Origin: Burkholderiales bacterium
Lineage (GTDB): Bacteria; Pseudomonadota; Gammaproteobacteria; Burkholderiales; WYBJ01
Assembly (NCBI GenBank): GCA_020848435.1
Contig: JADLAC010000043.1
Coordinates: 64,670-128,669 of the forward strand
Reading direction: 5' to 3'
Length of the DNA: 64,000 nt
Shown: piece by piece, positions 7,889 to 18,584 of the stretch
Layout: each line of letters opens with the position of its first letter
Numbering within the stretch: the stretch's first letter is position 1
Program-made: the position numbers and the translations under genes
Notes under the pieces: generated by a model
Seen by the model: only the letters and a program-made list of their open reading frames with translations
The model's database searches: none
What the model was told of the DNA's origin: nothing

Positions 7889-9277
7889 TCAGCTGCGTCG
7901 TACGCCCGAGACGCCGGCGCACTGCTGCACCAGTCGCAAGAACGGCGCTGCCTTGTCCAGCGTCTCCTGGTACTCGGCTTGAGCCTGCGAATCGGCGACG
8001 AGACCGCCGCCGGCCCAAAACAGCAACCGCCCGCGGCGATAGACCAGGGTGCGGATGGCGATGCTGCTGTCCATGGCGCCATCGCAGCCGAGATACGCGA
8101 TCGAGCCGCAATACAGGCCGCGCCGATACGGCTCGAGCTCTTCGATGATCTCCATGGCACGCAGCTTGGGCGCGCCCGTGATGGACCCTCCGGGGAAGCA
8201 GCCGCGCAGCAGATCGAGGGCGTCGCGGCCCGGCGCCAACTCGCCCTCGACGCAGCTGACGAGATGATGCACGCTGGGAAAGCTCTGCACCTCGAACAGC
8301 CGCGGCACCCTGACCGAACCGAGCCGGCAGCTCTTGGCGAGATCGTTGCGCAACAGATCGACGATCATCACGTTCTCGGCCCGATCCTTTTCGCTCACGC
8401 GCAGATCTTCCGCCATTTGCGCATCCAGCCGCGGATGGCCCACCCGCGGCCGCGTGCCTTTTATCGGCTGGGTGAGCACATGCGGGCCGCGCACCTGCAG
8501 AAACCGCTCGGGCGAGGCGCTGAGCACCTGGGCAAAGGGCAAGTTGAGATAGGCGGCGAAAGGCGCGGGATTCATGATGCGCAGCGCCTGGTAGGCCGTC
8601 CACGGGTCGCCGTCGGCCAGCGCCTCGAAGCGCTGGGCGAGGTTCACCTGGTAGCAGTCGCCGTCCTCGATATAGCGCATGACACGGTCGAACGCGGCGA
8701 CGTACTGCTCGGGCGTGAAGCTCGAGCGGACCTCGGACAGCGTGCGAAATGGACGCCGCGCGCGCTCGGCAGCGGGCGCGCTGAAACGCTTGCGCAGCTC
8801 ACCCCAGAGCGTGGCTGTCGCGGGCGAGCGCTCCGGGCTCGCGAGCCAGGCGCGCCGCTGCGTGTGATCGATCACGAGCGCCCAGTCGTAAATCCCTATC
8901 GCCATCTCCGGCAGCGCTTCGTCGTCGCGCGCGGTGGCCGGCAGCCGCTCCAGCCGCCGGCCGAGGTCGTAGCCGAAGTAGCCGATCGCCCCGCCGTGAA
9001 ACGGCAGCGTGCCATGCGCCGGCGTCTTCTCGCCGAGCATCTCGCGCAGCAGTTGGAACGGATCTTCGGGCGAAAGCCGCACGCCCTCGCCGCTTCGGAT
9101 CTCGGTCATTGGCCCGCGCGTGACCAGCGTCGCCCACGGCGCTGCCGCGACGATGTCGTAGCGCGAGCGCGCGGGATCGTGACGGCCGCTGTCGAGGAAC
9201 ACCGCCCAGGGCTCGTCCGCGACCGCCTCGAAGAGCGCAGCGGTGTCGGCATGGTAGGGGAGCTCTTCGATCCGCAT
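7889..9277 (-). CDS. pabB: Aminodeoxychorismate synthase component I
   Basis: 462 aa. Chorismate-binding C-terminal domain with PGGSITGAPK and GLYCGSIAYLG motifs. The N-terminus is typical of PabB. Confidence 0.8.
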   Translation of the reverse strand: MRIEELPYHADTAALFEAVADEPWAVFLDSGRHDPARSRYDIVAAAPWATLVTRGPMTEIRSGEGVRLSPEDPFQLLREMLGEKTPAHGTLPFHGGAIGYFGYDLGRRLERLPATARDDEALPEMAIGIYDWALVIDHTQRRAWLASPERSPATATLWGELRKRFSAPAAERARRPFRTLSEVRSSFTPEQYVAAFDRVMRYIEDGDCYQVNLAQRFEALADGDPWTAYQALRIMNPAPFAAYLNLPFAQVLSASPERFLQVRGPHVLTQPIKGTRPRVGHPRLDAQMAEDLRVSEKDRAENVMIVDLLRNDLAKSCRLGSVRVPRLFEVQSFPSVHHLVSCVEGELAPGRDALDLLRGCFPGGSITGAPKLRAMEIIEELEPYRRGLYCGSIAYLGCDGAMDSSIAIRTLVYRRGRLLFWAGGGLVADSQAQAEYQETLDKAAPFLRLVQQCAGVSGVRRS

Positions 9278-9371
9278 GCTGGGTATCCGAAGGCGATGCA
9301 GCGTGTGATTTCAAGCGTACCGCCGACAGCTTTCGAGAGATAGAAAAGCGCGCTGTCGGGCGAAATCATAC

Positions 9372-9418
9372 CGAGCACGGACTCGCACCACGAGCATGGA
9401 CTCGCGCCACGAGCACGG
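9372..9418. repeat. Tandem 19-bp direct repeat, about 2.5 copies (ACTCGCRCCACGAGCAYGG)
   Basis: Read directly: cgagcacgg|actcgcaccacgagcatgg|actcgcgccacgagcacgg. It lies in the lower-GC pabB-adhC spacer. Confidence 0.8.
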
Positions 9419-9610
9419 CGAGCAATGCCACTCAGGCGCAGCAAGACCCGAGGCCCCGCTCAATGAGCGAGCCTTGCGAAGGCGATATTGGATGTATCCG
9501 AACCTAACTGGAGTCTGATCCTCTTGTTTGCCGGTCGCTGTCTTGTCATGGAGAATGGCAATAAGCCTTCTCATGCGTAGCGGCCGCGAATTCCACCTGT
9601 AAATGCGCTG

Positions 9611-10789
<1,179 letters not shown>

Positions 10790-10831
10790 GCTCGCACCTC
10801 CTCGTGAAAATCCGCTTCGAACCCCGATTCT

Positions 10832-11800
10832 ATGGCGACCCGGTTACACTCGCTGCCGATGGCCGACCATACTGCGCCGGCGCCCGCGGCGAGCGGCGTC
10901 ACCCCACGCGGGCGCTTCGCCCCGTCACCGACCGGACCCCTGCACTTCGGCTCGCTGGTGAGCGCGCTGGCGAGCTATCTGGACGCGCGCAGCCGCGGCG
11001 CGCAATGGCTGGTGCGGATCGAGGATCTCGACCAGCCGCGTGCTCGGCCCGGCGCGGCCGCCGGCATCTTGCGGACCTTGCAAGCCTTCGGGCTCGATTG
11101 GGACCAGTCGGTGCGCTACCAGAGCAAGGAGCAGGAGCGCTATGCTGCCGCGCTGGCGCGGATGATTCGAGCCGGCCACGCCTACGCCTGCGGTTGCAGC
11201 CGCAGCGAGATTGCGCGCACGGCGCGCCGCGGCATCGAGGGTCTCATCTATCCGGGCACATGCCGCCAGGGCGTTGCGGCGGGGCGCGCCCCGCGGGCCT
11301 TTCGGCTGCGGGTCACCGCCGGCGAAATCGCATTCCAGGATGCCGTGTTCGGAGCGCTGCGCCAGGATGTCGCGGCCGAGATCGGCGACTTCGTGCTTAA
11401 GCGCGCCGACGGCATTTTCGCCTACCAGCTCGCGGTCGTGCTGGACGATGCCGATCAGTCGATCAGCGAAGTGGTGCGCGGCGCCGACCTGCTCGACTCG
11501 ACCGCGCGCCAGATGCTGCTGCAGCGGCTGCTCGGCCTGCCGGCGCCCGCGTATCTGCACGTGCCGGTTGCGGTGAACGCGGCCGGCGCGAAACTTTCCA
11601 AGACCACCCTCGCTCGCCCGCTCGATCCCCTGCGCGCCGGCGCGACGCTGCTCGCCGCACTGCGCTTCCTGGGCCAGTGTCCGCCGCCCGAATTGGCCGG
11701 CGCGAGCGCCACCGAGATCCTGTGCTGGGGCATCGCGCATTGGGATCGGGGCGCGATTCCCCGCCGCCGTGCCATCGCCGTGCAGAGCGATGTCGGCTAG
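10832..11800 (+). CDS. gluQ: tRNA glutamyl-Q(34) synthetase (GluQRS)
   Basis: [15 protein letters not shown] (HIGH-like), LVRIEDLD, a truncated GluRS catalytic domain of about 320 aa, and KLSK. Confidence 0.85.
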   Translation: MATRLHSLPMADHTAPAPAASGVTPRGRFAPSPTGPLHFGSLVSALASYLDARSRGAQWLVRIEDLDQPRARPGAAAGILRTLQAFGLDWDQSVRYQSKEQERYAAALARMIRAGHAYACGCSRSEIARTARRGIEGLIYPGTCRQGVAAGRAPRAFRLRVTAGEIAFQDAVFGALRQDVAAEIGDFVLKRADGIFAYQLAVVLDDADQSISEVVRGADLLDSTARQMLLQRLLGLPAPAYLHVPVAVNAAGAKLSKTTLARPLDPLRAGATLLAALRFLGQCPPPELAGASATEILCWGIAHWDRGAIPRRRAIAVQSDVG

Positions 11801-11813
11801 CGGGCCGAGCGCT

Positions 11814-12431
11814 TCACCACTGGAAATTGTCCGCGGTGAAGGTCGGCAGCCCGGCCGCGCGCCATGCCTCGATCCCGCCGCGATACCAGTACACGTTGGT
11901 GTAACCGCCGCGGGCCGCTCGCAGCGCCGCGTTATAGGATAGCCAGCAGCGCACACCCGAGCAGAAGAAGACCAGGTGGCGGACGCGATCGTGACCGGCG
12001 AGACGCGCCAGCGTATCGAGGAAACGCTTCTCCTCGGCGGCATCGAAATCGCCCAGGCCGCCGTTGTGCAGCCAGATCGAGCCCGGCACGGTGGGATGCG
12101 CCGGGCCGCTCAATACGTCGATCAGGAACGGGCGCGGTTCGCTTTCGAGCATGGCCTTCAGCTCCAGCGTCGTCACCACGCGCGCCCCGGGGACGCTGTC
12201 CGGCGTCGGCGCGTGATAGTCCTTGGCGCGATAGCCGGGCGGCGGGGCGATGCCCCAGCTTCGATCCTCTTCGGCATAGCTCTCCGCGCCCTGCGCCGCG
12301 AGCGCGCTCGCGCCAAGGAGCAACAGCGTGAACACGATCGCGCGCCAACAGGCGCCGGAGCCAGGGTCAGACCCCGAATCGAGCTTCAGCCGAGAACCAG
12401 ACTTTCCGCGGGAGCAGCTCTCGGAGCTCAT
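11814..12431 (-). CDS. Secreted rhodanese-like domain protein (start uncertain)
   Basis: Signal-like segment WRAIVFTLLLLGASALAAQGA. Rhodanese active-site loop FFCSGVRCW. The first ATG (12431) places a GGGTCAGACCCC palindromic unit inside the 5' end, so the true start may be different. Confidence 0.6.
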   Translation of the reverse strand: MSSESCSRGKSGSRLKLDSGSDPGSGACWRAIVFTLLLLGASALAAQGAESYAEEDRSWGIAPPPGYRAKDYHAPTPDSVPGARVVTTLELKAMLESEPRPFLIDVLSGPAHPTVPGSIWLHNGGLGDFDAAEEKRFLDTLARLAGHDRVRHLVFFCSGVRCWLSYNAALRAARGGYTNVYWYRGGIEAWRAAGLPTFTADNFQW

Positions 12432-12489
12432 GGCGGCGAATCCGGGTCCGACCCCGCCGATCCCGCCCCGGTACACGACTTCGCAGCCA

Positions 12490-13887
12490 TCAGATGCGAG
12501 GCAGCGCCAAGATGGCTTCCAGGCCGCCCTCGGGATGATTGCGGATGCTCACCCGGCCGCGGTGCAGTTGCGCGATGTTGCGCGCGATCGCGAGCCCCAG
12601 GCCCGTGCCGCCGGTGTCGCGGCTGCGCGAGGATTCGAGCCGATAGAACGGCTCGAATACCTTCTCCAGCTCGGTCTCGGGCACGCCGTGGCCGAAGTCG
12701 CGCACTTTGATGATCATCTCGCGCTCGCTGTCCTGAACGACGATCCTCGCCTTGCCGCCATACTTGCACGCATTGTCGATGATGTTGCTCAGGCAATGCT
12801 TGAGCGCCTGGGTTTGCGCCGGATAGGGCGCGCTGGCCTTGCCCTGCGTATCGACCTGGTGCCCGGCATCGCGGTAATCATCGCATACGCTCGCGATGAG
12901 CGCGTTGATGTCGGTCGGCTGCGGCGGCTCGCTGCTGTCCAGCCCGCGGATGAACTCGAGCGCCGATCGCACCATCTTCTCCAGCTCGGACATGTCGCGC
13001 AGCAGCGATTCGCGCAGCGGCGAATCCTCGATCAGCTCGGCGCGCAGGCGCATGCGCGTGATCGGCGTCTTCAGGTCGTGCGAAATCGCGCTGAGCGCGG
13101 TCACGCGGCTCTTCAGATAGCGCGACAGGCGCTCCTGCATGCTGTTGAACGCGCGGGCCGCGCGGCGCAGCTCCGAGGCGCCCCGCTCCGGCAACGGCGG
13201 CGCGTCCAGATCGTTGCCCAGGCGCTCGGCGGCGTCTGCCAGCTCGCTCAGCGGTCGCGTCACCCAGTCCACCGCGAGCGCCACCAGGATGATGGTGACC
13301 GCGCTCAGGACGAAAAACTGCCACAGCATCGACGCCACCGAAAAAACCAGGGCGCGCGGCACTTCGACGTAAACGACGACCGGCGTCCCGTCCGCCAGCG
13401 TCGAGCGAACGCTCACGCCCCAGCCGACTTGGCTCGGTCGCGCCAAGCCGGGGGTCGGCGGCACGCCGATCTCCGACGAATAGTGCAGCGGCGTCTGGCC
13501 GACGCGAATTTCGGCATCGCGCGCTGGATAGAGACGTTCCCGGAAAGCCTGAGCCATCGCCTCCGGAATCGGCCCCTCGCGCGTCGCCGCGCCGACATTG
13601 TCTTCCGGCATGCCGTCGGCGCGCGGCAGGGCGAGCGGACCCAGGCGGATCAGGGGGTAGCGCAGCGCCGCGACCGCCCGCTCCCGGTCGCCTTCGCCCA
13701 AGCCATCGAGCATGCGCACGAGATCGGCGACCCGAACCGCGTTGCGGCGTGCCAGCACCCGTTCGATGGAAGCCGTCCGATCGTAATAGGCGATCAGCGA
13801 CGAGGCGATCTGCGCGGCCACCAAGCCGCCGATCAGCAGCAGCAGCAGGCGGCCCTTGAGCGACCTGGGGGCGAAAAAAACGCTCAT
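12490..13887 (-). CDS. Sensor histidine kinase (EnvZ-like; two TM helices, HAMP, HisKA, HATPase)
   Basis: H-box SAISHDLKTPIT, N-box NIIDNACKYG, G-boxes RDFGHGVP and GGTGLGLAIA. Two TM helices flank a periplasmic domain. Confidence 0.85.
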   Translation of the reverse strand: MSVFFAPRSLKGRLLLLLIGGLVAAQIASSLIAYYDRTASIERVLARRNAVRVADLVRMLDGLGEGDRERAVAALRYPLIRLGPLALPRADGMPEDNVGAATREGPIPEAMAQAFRERLYPARDAEIRVGQTPLHYSSEIGVPPTPGLARPSQVGWGVSVRSTLADGTPVVVYVEVPRALVFSVASMLWQFFVLSAVTIILVALAVDWVTRPLSELADAAERLGNDLDAPPLPERGASELRRAARAFNSMQERLSRYLKSRVTALSAISHDLKTPITRMRLRAELIEDSPLRESLLRDMSELEKMVRSALEFIRGLDSSEPPQPTDINALIASVCDDYRDAGHQVDTQGKASAPYPAQTQALKHCLSNIIDNACKYGGKARIVVQDSEREMIIKVRDFGHGVPETELEKVFEPFYRLESSRSRDTGGTGLGLAIARNIAQLHRGRVSIRNHPEGGLEAILALPRI

Positions 13888-14606
13888 TCGTATGCCACCG
13901 GGGATGCCAGCACGTAGCCTTCGCCGCGCACCGTCTTGATGATGCGCGGCTCGCGCGCATCCTCGTCGAGCCGCTGGCGCACACGGCTCACCAGCACGTC
14001 GATGCTGCGGTCGAGCGCATCGGCCCCCTGACCTTGCGTGAGCTCCATCAGTTGATCGCGGTTCAGTACCCGGTTGGGCCGCTCCAGGAACACCTTGAGC
14101 AAGCGGAACTCGGCGCCGCTCAAGGCGATGACCACGCCATTGGGCGATACCAGGTTGCGGGTGGTGAGGTCGAGCTTCCAGCTCGCGAAGCGGATGCGCT
14201 GCGGCTCGTCGCTCGCGCGCACGCGCATCGCGCCACGCGCGCGGCGCAGGATCACCTTGACCCGCGCCAACAGCTCACGCGGGTTGAACGGCTTCGACAG
14301 GTAGTCGTCCGCGCCCATCTCCAGGCCGATGATACGGTCGGTATCTTCGCCGCGAGCGGTCAACATGATGACCGGCACATCGGAGCGCGTGCGCAGGTCC
14401 CTGCACAGCGTCAGTCCGTCGTGACCGGGAAGCATCACGTCGAGCACGATGAGATCGATGGCTTGCCGATCGAGCGTGGCCAGCATGCCTGTGCCGTCCG
14501 CCACCGAGACGCAGCGATAGCCGTTACGCTCGAGGTAATCGTGCAAGAGCGTCCGGATCTCCACATCGTCATCGACGATCAGTATGCAATCGCGGCGCTG
14601 TTCCAT
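13884..14606 (-). CDS. OmpR-family response regulator
   Basis: ILIVDDD...DLIVLDVMLPG receiver domain plus a winged-helix C-terminus (IKTVRGEGYVL). The stop overlaps the kinase start (ATGA). Start chosen at MEQRRDC; a longer start at 14690 is possible. Confidence 0.85.
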   Translation of the reverse strand: MEQRRDCILIVDDDVEIRTLLHDYLERNGYRCVSVADGTGMLATLDRQAIDLIVLDVMLPGHDGLTLCRDLRTRSDVPVIMLTARGEDTDRIIGLEMGADDYLSKPFNPRELLARVKVILRRARGAMRVRASDEPQRIRFASWKLDLTTRNLVSPNGVVIALSGAEFRLLKVFLERPNRVLNRDQLMELTQGQGADALDRSIDVLVSRVRQRLDEDAREPRIIKTVRGEGYVLASPVAYE

Positions 14607-14843
14607 ACCACTGCAAAGCTTACCGCAGTCGCCGCCCGATTGTGAACGCATCGGGCGGCGATTCGGCGCGCACGCCAGAACTATCGGCATGCGCTGTTTG
14701 CCGCGCGCAACGCCTCATGACGCGCGCGACGATCCGCGGCATGTCCCTGCTGACATTGCGTACGGTCTCGCACGGCGATTTGCGCCTGCCTGCGATTTGG
14801 TTCAATATCGCGCGCCGCCATACCCGTTCGCACGGAGGAGCCC

Positions 14844-15809
14844 ATGAGCCGCATCGTCGCCGCCGCCGTCGCGGCGCTAACCATCCTGAGCAGCGCCGCG
14901 ACCGGCGCCCAGAGCTATCCCACCAAGCCGATACGGCTCATGATGCCGAACGCTCCGGGCAGCGCGAACGACACCCTCGGACGCATCGTGGCCGCCCATC
15001 TCGGCGAAGCCCTGGGCCAGCAGATCGTCATCGACAATCGCGCCGGCGCGGGTGGCATCGTGGGTATGGAAATCGGCAAGAACGGTAACCCCGACGGCTA
15101 CACCCTGGTGGCGGCCTCCACCGCGGCGATGTCGATCGCGCCGCACCTGTACAAGAAGCTGCCGTACGATCCGATCAAGGATTACGAATACATCGGCATG
15201 TTCGCCGTGACCCCGAACTTGCTGCTCGTCAACCCGCAGCAGCCCGTAAAGAACCTCAAGGAATGGCTGGAATGGACGCGCACGCGCGGCAACCAGCTCA
15301 ACATGGCCTCCGCCGGCGTCGCCTCGCAAAGCCATTTGACCGGCGTGGCGCTGATCGTCGCGGCGGGCGTGCAATCGACCCACGTGCCGTACAAGGGAGG
15401 GGGCGCCTCGGTTGCATCGGTGGTGTCCGGCGAATCGCACTGGACCATCACGCCCGCGCCGGCGGCCATGAGCATCGTCGCGAGCGGCCGGCTGCGTGCG
15501 CTGGGCCACAGCCTGCCCGAGCGCACGCCGCTGCTCAAAGACCTGCCGTCGATCTCGGAGATCGTCCCGGGATTCAAGTACAGCGGCTGGAACGGGCTGC
15601 TCGCCCCGAAGGGCACGCCCAAGCCCATCCTGCGCACGGTCGGCGCGGCGTTGCAGAAAGTCGGTAATTCGCCCGAGTTGCGCAAGCAGCTCGCCCAGCA
15701 GGGCGCGGAAGTCGTGTTGACGGAGGCGGAGCAATTTCGCAAACACGTCGCCGACGAAATCAGGAACGTGGCCGCGGTGGTGAAGGCGGCCGGATTGAAG
15801 AGCGAGTAG
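14844..15809 (+). CDS. Bug-family (TctC-like) tripartite tricarboxylate transporter substrate-binding protein
   Basis: Signal peptide, then YPTKPIRLMMPNAPGSANDTLGR and other typical Bug-family segments. 321 aa. Confidence 0.85.
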   Translation: MSRIVAAAVAALTILSSAATGAQSYPTKPIRLMMPNAPGSANDTLGRIVAAHLGEALGQQIVIDNRAGAGGIVGMEIGKNGNPDGYTLVAASTAAMSIAPHLYKKLPYDPIKDYEYIGMFAVTPNLLLVNPQQPVKNLKEWLEWTRTRGNQLNMASAGVASQSHLTGVALIVAAGVQSTHVPYKGGGASVASVVSGESHWTITPAPAAMSIVASGRLRALGHSLPERTPLLKDLPSISEIVPGFKYSGWNGLLAPKGTPKPILRTVGAALQKVGNSPELRKQLAQQGAEVVLTEAEQFRKHVADEIRNVAAVVKAAGLKSE

Positions 15810-15888
15810 CGCGCGCCGACCACGCCGCGGCAGCGGCAGGTCACGCCCGTTCCAAGCTCGGCCTGCGTTTCCAGCCGGAGATCGCGCC

Positions 15889-16971
15889 ATGTGCAGCGCC
15901 CCCGTATCCCTGGGCATCATCGGCCTCGGCCGCTGGGCCAAAGTGCTCACCCGGGCCGCCCGCAAATCGGCCAAGCTCAACATCGTCGCCGGCTACAGCC
16001 GCTCGGCGCAGACGCGCGCGGCTTACGCGCACGAATTCGGCATACCGGTGGTCGACGAGCTGGCGACCATGCTGGCCGATCCGGGCGTTCAAGGCGTCAT
16101 TCTCACCGTGCCGAACGAGCATCACCTGGCGATCGCGGAACAAGCGGCCCGCGCCGGCAAGCACGTCTACACCGAAAAGCCCATCGCCGATACGCTGGTC
16201 GACGGCATCAAGCTCGGCGCGCTCGCCGAGCGCCACGGCATCCAGATCGAGGTCGGCCATTCGGCGCGCTTGCTCGCCGGTACGCGGCTGATGAAACAAG
16301 CGATCGATGCCGGCGAGCTCGGCCGCGTGGTCTTCATGGAAGGCAACTTCTCGAACGAGCGCGCGCTCGAGCTCACGCCGCAGACCTGGCGCTGGTACAA
16401 GGCCAAGACACCCGGCGGCCCGTTGTCGCAGCTCGCCGTGCACATATTCGACTCGCTGCATTGCCTGGGCGGGGCGATCGAGTCGGTCTCCTCGCACGCA
16501 TCCAAGCTCTCGCCGGTCGGGGCCGAGGTCGACGATCAGTCCATGACGGTGCTCAAGTTCGCCGACGGCAAGCTCGGCTACGCCGGCAGCTCGTGGACCT
16601 CGCCGGGCGTTTATTCGCTGCGGGTGTTCGGGCAAAAGGGCCTGATGCACTACGAAGTCGATTTCGGCGCGTGGGACACCCCGCAGCGCTTGCACGAATC
16701 GTCGAGCCTGTATATCCAGCGCGGCAAGGACGGTTACGGCAAGCGCGAGCTGCTCGAACTGCCGGCGAACGACATGTTCGTCGACGAGCTCGAGATGTTC
16801 GCCGAGGCGATCGCGACCGGCCGCGCGCCCGAGCTTTCGGCCTACAACGGCGTGGTGGCGGTCGCGATCGTCAATGCGGCCCTGCGCTCGATCGAGGCCA
16901 ACGGCGCCGCGATCGAGCTGGCACGAGTGATCGGCGAAGCACAAGCGCGCGTTCGCGCCGGCGTCGCCTGA
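15889..16971 (+). CDS. Gfo/Idh/MocA family oxidoreductase
   Basis: N-terminal Rossmann motif LGIIGLGRWA and the EKP motif (VYTEKPIA). 360 aa. Confidence 0.8.
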   Translation: MCSAPVSLGIIGLGRWAKVLTRAARKSAKLNIVAGYSRSAQTRAAYAHEFGIPVVDELATMLADPGVQGVILTVPNEHHLAIAEQAARAGKHVYTEKPIADTLVDGIKLGALAERHGIQIEVGHSARLLAGTRLMKQAIDAGELGRVVFMEGNFSNERALELTPQTWRWYKAKTPGGPLSQLAVHIFDSLHCLGGAIESVSSHASKLSPVGAEVDDQSMTVLKFADGKLGYAGSSWTSPGVYSLRVFGQKGLMHYEVDFGAWDTPQRLHESSSLYIQRGKDGYGKRELLELPANDMFVDELEMFAEAIATGRAPELSAYNGVVAVAIVNAALRSIEANGAAIELARVIGEAQARVRAGVA

Positions 16972-16992
16972 ACCGGGGCGGCGCAGAAAGCT

Positions 16993-17601
16993 TCAGGAAC
17001 TCAGGCCGGCATCGACCCAGGCGAGCAATTGTGCGATCAGCGTATCGGTCGCGGCGCGCAAGGCGTAGACCGCGCCGGGGGCATCGACGCTGGGACAAGG
17101 CGCTTCCACGCCGAACAAGCGCTGCGCCCGCAAACTCCGATCGGCGCTGTCGGCGAGGCCCGCGCGCATTCGGACCACGGCGCGGCTGGCGGAAGGCGAC
17201 TCCACGATCTGCTCGAAGGCATCGAGCTCGAGCTTCAGCACGCGGGCACCCCCAACGCCTTGCGACACCCTGCCCAGTCCCCGTTGGGGCGCGCTGCTCA
17301 GGACCAGGCGTACGCGCTGGGCGATGAGATCGGCCGGTGCCGCGGTCCAGCGGCTCAGCGCATAGGCGTGCAGCCGCGCCGGATCGCGGTACATCAGCCG
17401 ATACAGGATCGCCGGCGTTTGCAGCCAGGCGGCGGCTGACATCTCGTCGAGCGTGAGGTCGCGGCCGGAGCGGGGCGCGTGCGCGCTCGGCAGCTCGATG
17501 CCGAAGTCATAGGTGGCCGTATCCGTAGCGCCATTGCGGCCGAAGCTACAGCCGGCAGCCGCGCTCGCTAGTGCGAGTCCGAGGAAGCCGCGCCGTCTCA
17601 C
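16993..17601 (-). CDS. ABC-transport auxiliary lipoprotein (PqiC/DUF330-like)
   Basis: Lipobox LALASAAAGCS. About 200 aa. It overlaps the upstream MCE gene by 4 nt, the usual position for the MCE-system lipoprotein. Confidence 0.6.
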   Translation of the reverse strand: MRRRGFLGLALASAAAGCSFGRNGATDTATYDFGIELPSAHAPRSGRDLTLDEMSAAAWLQTPAILYRLMYRDPARLHAYALSRWTAAPADLIAQRVRLVLSSAPQRGLGRVSQGVGGARVLKLELDAFEQIVESPSASRAVVRMRAGLADSADRSLRAQRLFGVEAPCPSVDAPGAVYALRAATDTLIAQLLAWVDAGLSS

Positions 17602-18560
17602 CGCGCCGCTCCGTGGACGAAGCCCGGCTCGCCCGGTCCGGGGACGGGGGCGGCCCGGCCGAAAACGAGGCTCGCCGGATTGGCGTTCAGCTCCCCGAGC
17701 AGCCGTTCGAGGCTGCGCGAGTTGCGCGCAATCTCGTCCAGGGTCTGGTTGATCCGCGGCAGGGTCTCGCGGCCCGCCGCGGCAGCGAGCGCGTTGGCCG
17801 AGCGGCTCAGCTCGGCCACCGAGCTACCGATGCGCTCGGCGCTGGCAGCGACGCGGTCCAGCGTTTCGGCGCGCTGGCCCAGGGCCGCGGCGAGCGCGCG
17901 CACCTCCGCCATCAGGCTGTCGGCATTGGCGAGCGTCGTGCGCGCCTGTCGCGCCAGCTCGGGCACGGAATCCGCGCCCGCCTGCAGGCGCTGAGCGAGC
18001 GCCGTCACCCCGCCTGCGGCCGTCTCGAAAGCCGCCAGGGTGCGCAGGGCCTGCTGGCGGTTGTCGGCGCTCAGCCATTCTTCCAGGCGTTCGGTCAAGA
18101 GGGCTATGCGTGCGACCAGGTGCTCGCCCGAGTCCGAAACGCGGTCGAGAAACGAGGGCCGCAGCTCGATCCGCGCTTGTTCAGGTTGATTCGGATCGCG
18201 CAGCGCGGCGCTGCTGCCATCGTCGTTGAGCTGAACGTAGGACAGTCCGGTGATGCCTTGGGCCGCGAGCTGGCCGTAGGCGCCGCGGGTGAGCGGCGTG
18301 CCGCTTCGCACCGAGATCCCGACCAGGATGGTGCGGGGATCGTTCGGGTCGAACGCGATGCTCTCGACCTTGCCGACCTCGACGCCGCGATAGCGCACCG
18401 GCGCCTGCGCGTTGAGCCCGCTCACGCTGCCCTTGGTATGCAGCACGTAGGCATCGTGCGCGATCGGCTCGCCGCGAATCCAGAACGCCGCCGCCACCAG
18501 CGCGATGCCCAGGATGAGCGTGAACAATCCCGCCGCCAGCGCATGCGCCTTGTTTTCCAT
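17598..18560 (-). CDS. MlaD/MCE-domain protein
   Basis: N-terminal TM helix, MCE core (GLNAQAPVRYRGVEVGKVESI), and a long helical C-terminus. Confidence 0.8.
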   Translation of the reverse strand: MENKAHALAAGLFTLILGIALVAAAFWIRGEPIAHDAYVLHTKGSVSGLNAQAPVRYRGVEVGKVESIAFDPNDPRTILVGISVRSGTPLTRGAYGQLAAQGITGLSYVQLNDDGSSAALRDPNQPEQARIELRPSFLDRVSDSGEHLVARIALLTERLEEWLSADNRQQALRTLAAFETAAGGVTALAQRLQAGADSVPELARQARTTLANADSLMAEVRALAAALGQRAETLDRVAASAERIGSSVAELSRSANALAAAAGRETLPRINQTLDEIARNSRSLERLLGELNANPASLVFGRAAPVPGPGEPGFVHGAAR

Positions 18561-18584
18561 CGCCTCGGGTCGCCTTAGTGCACG

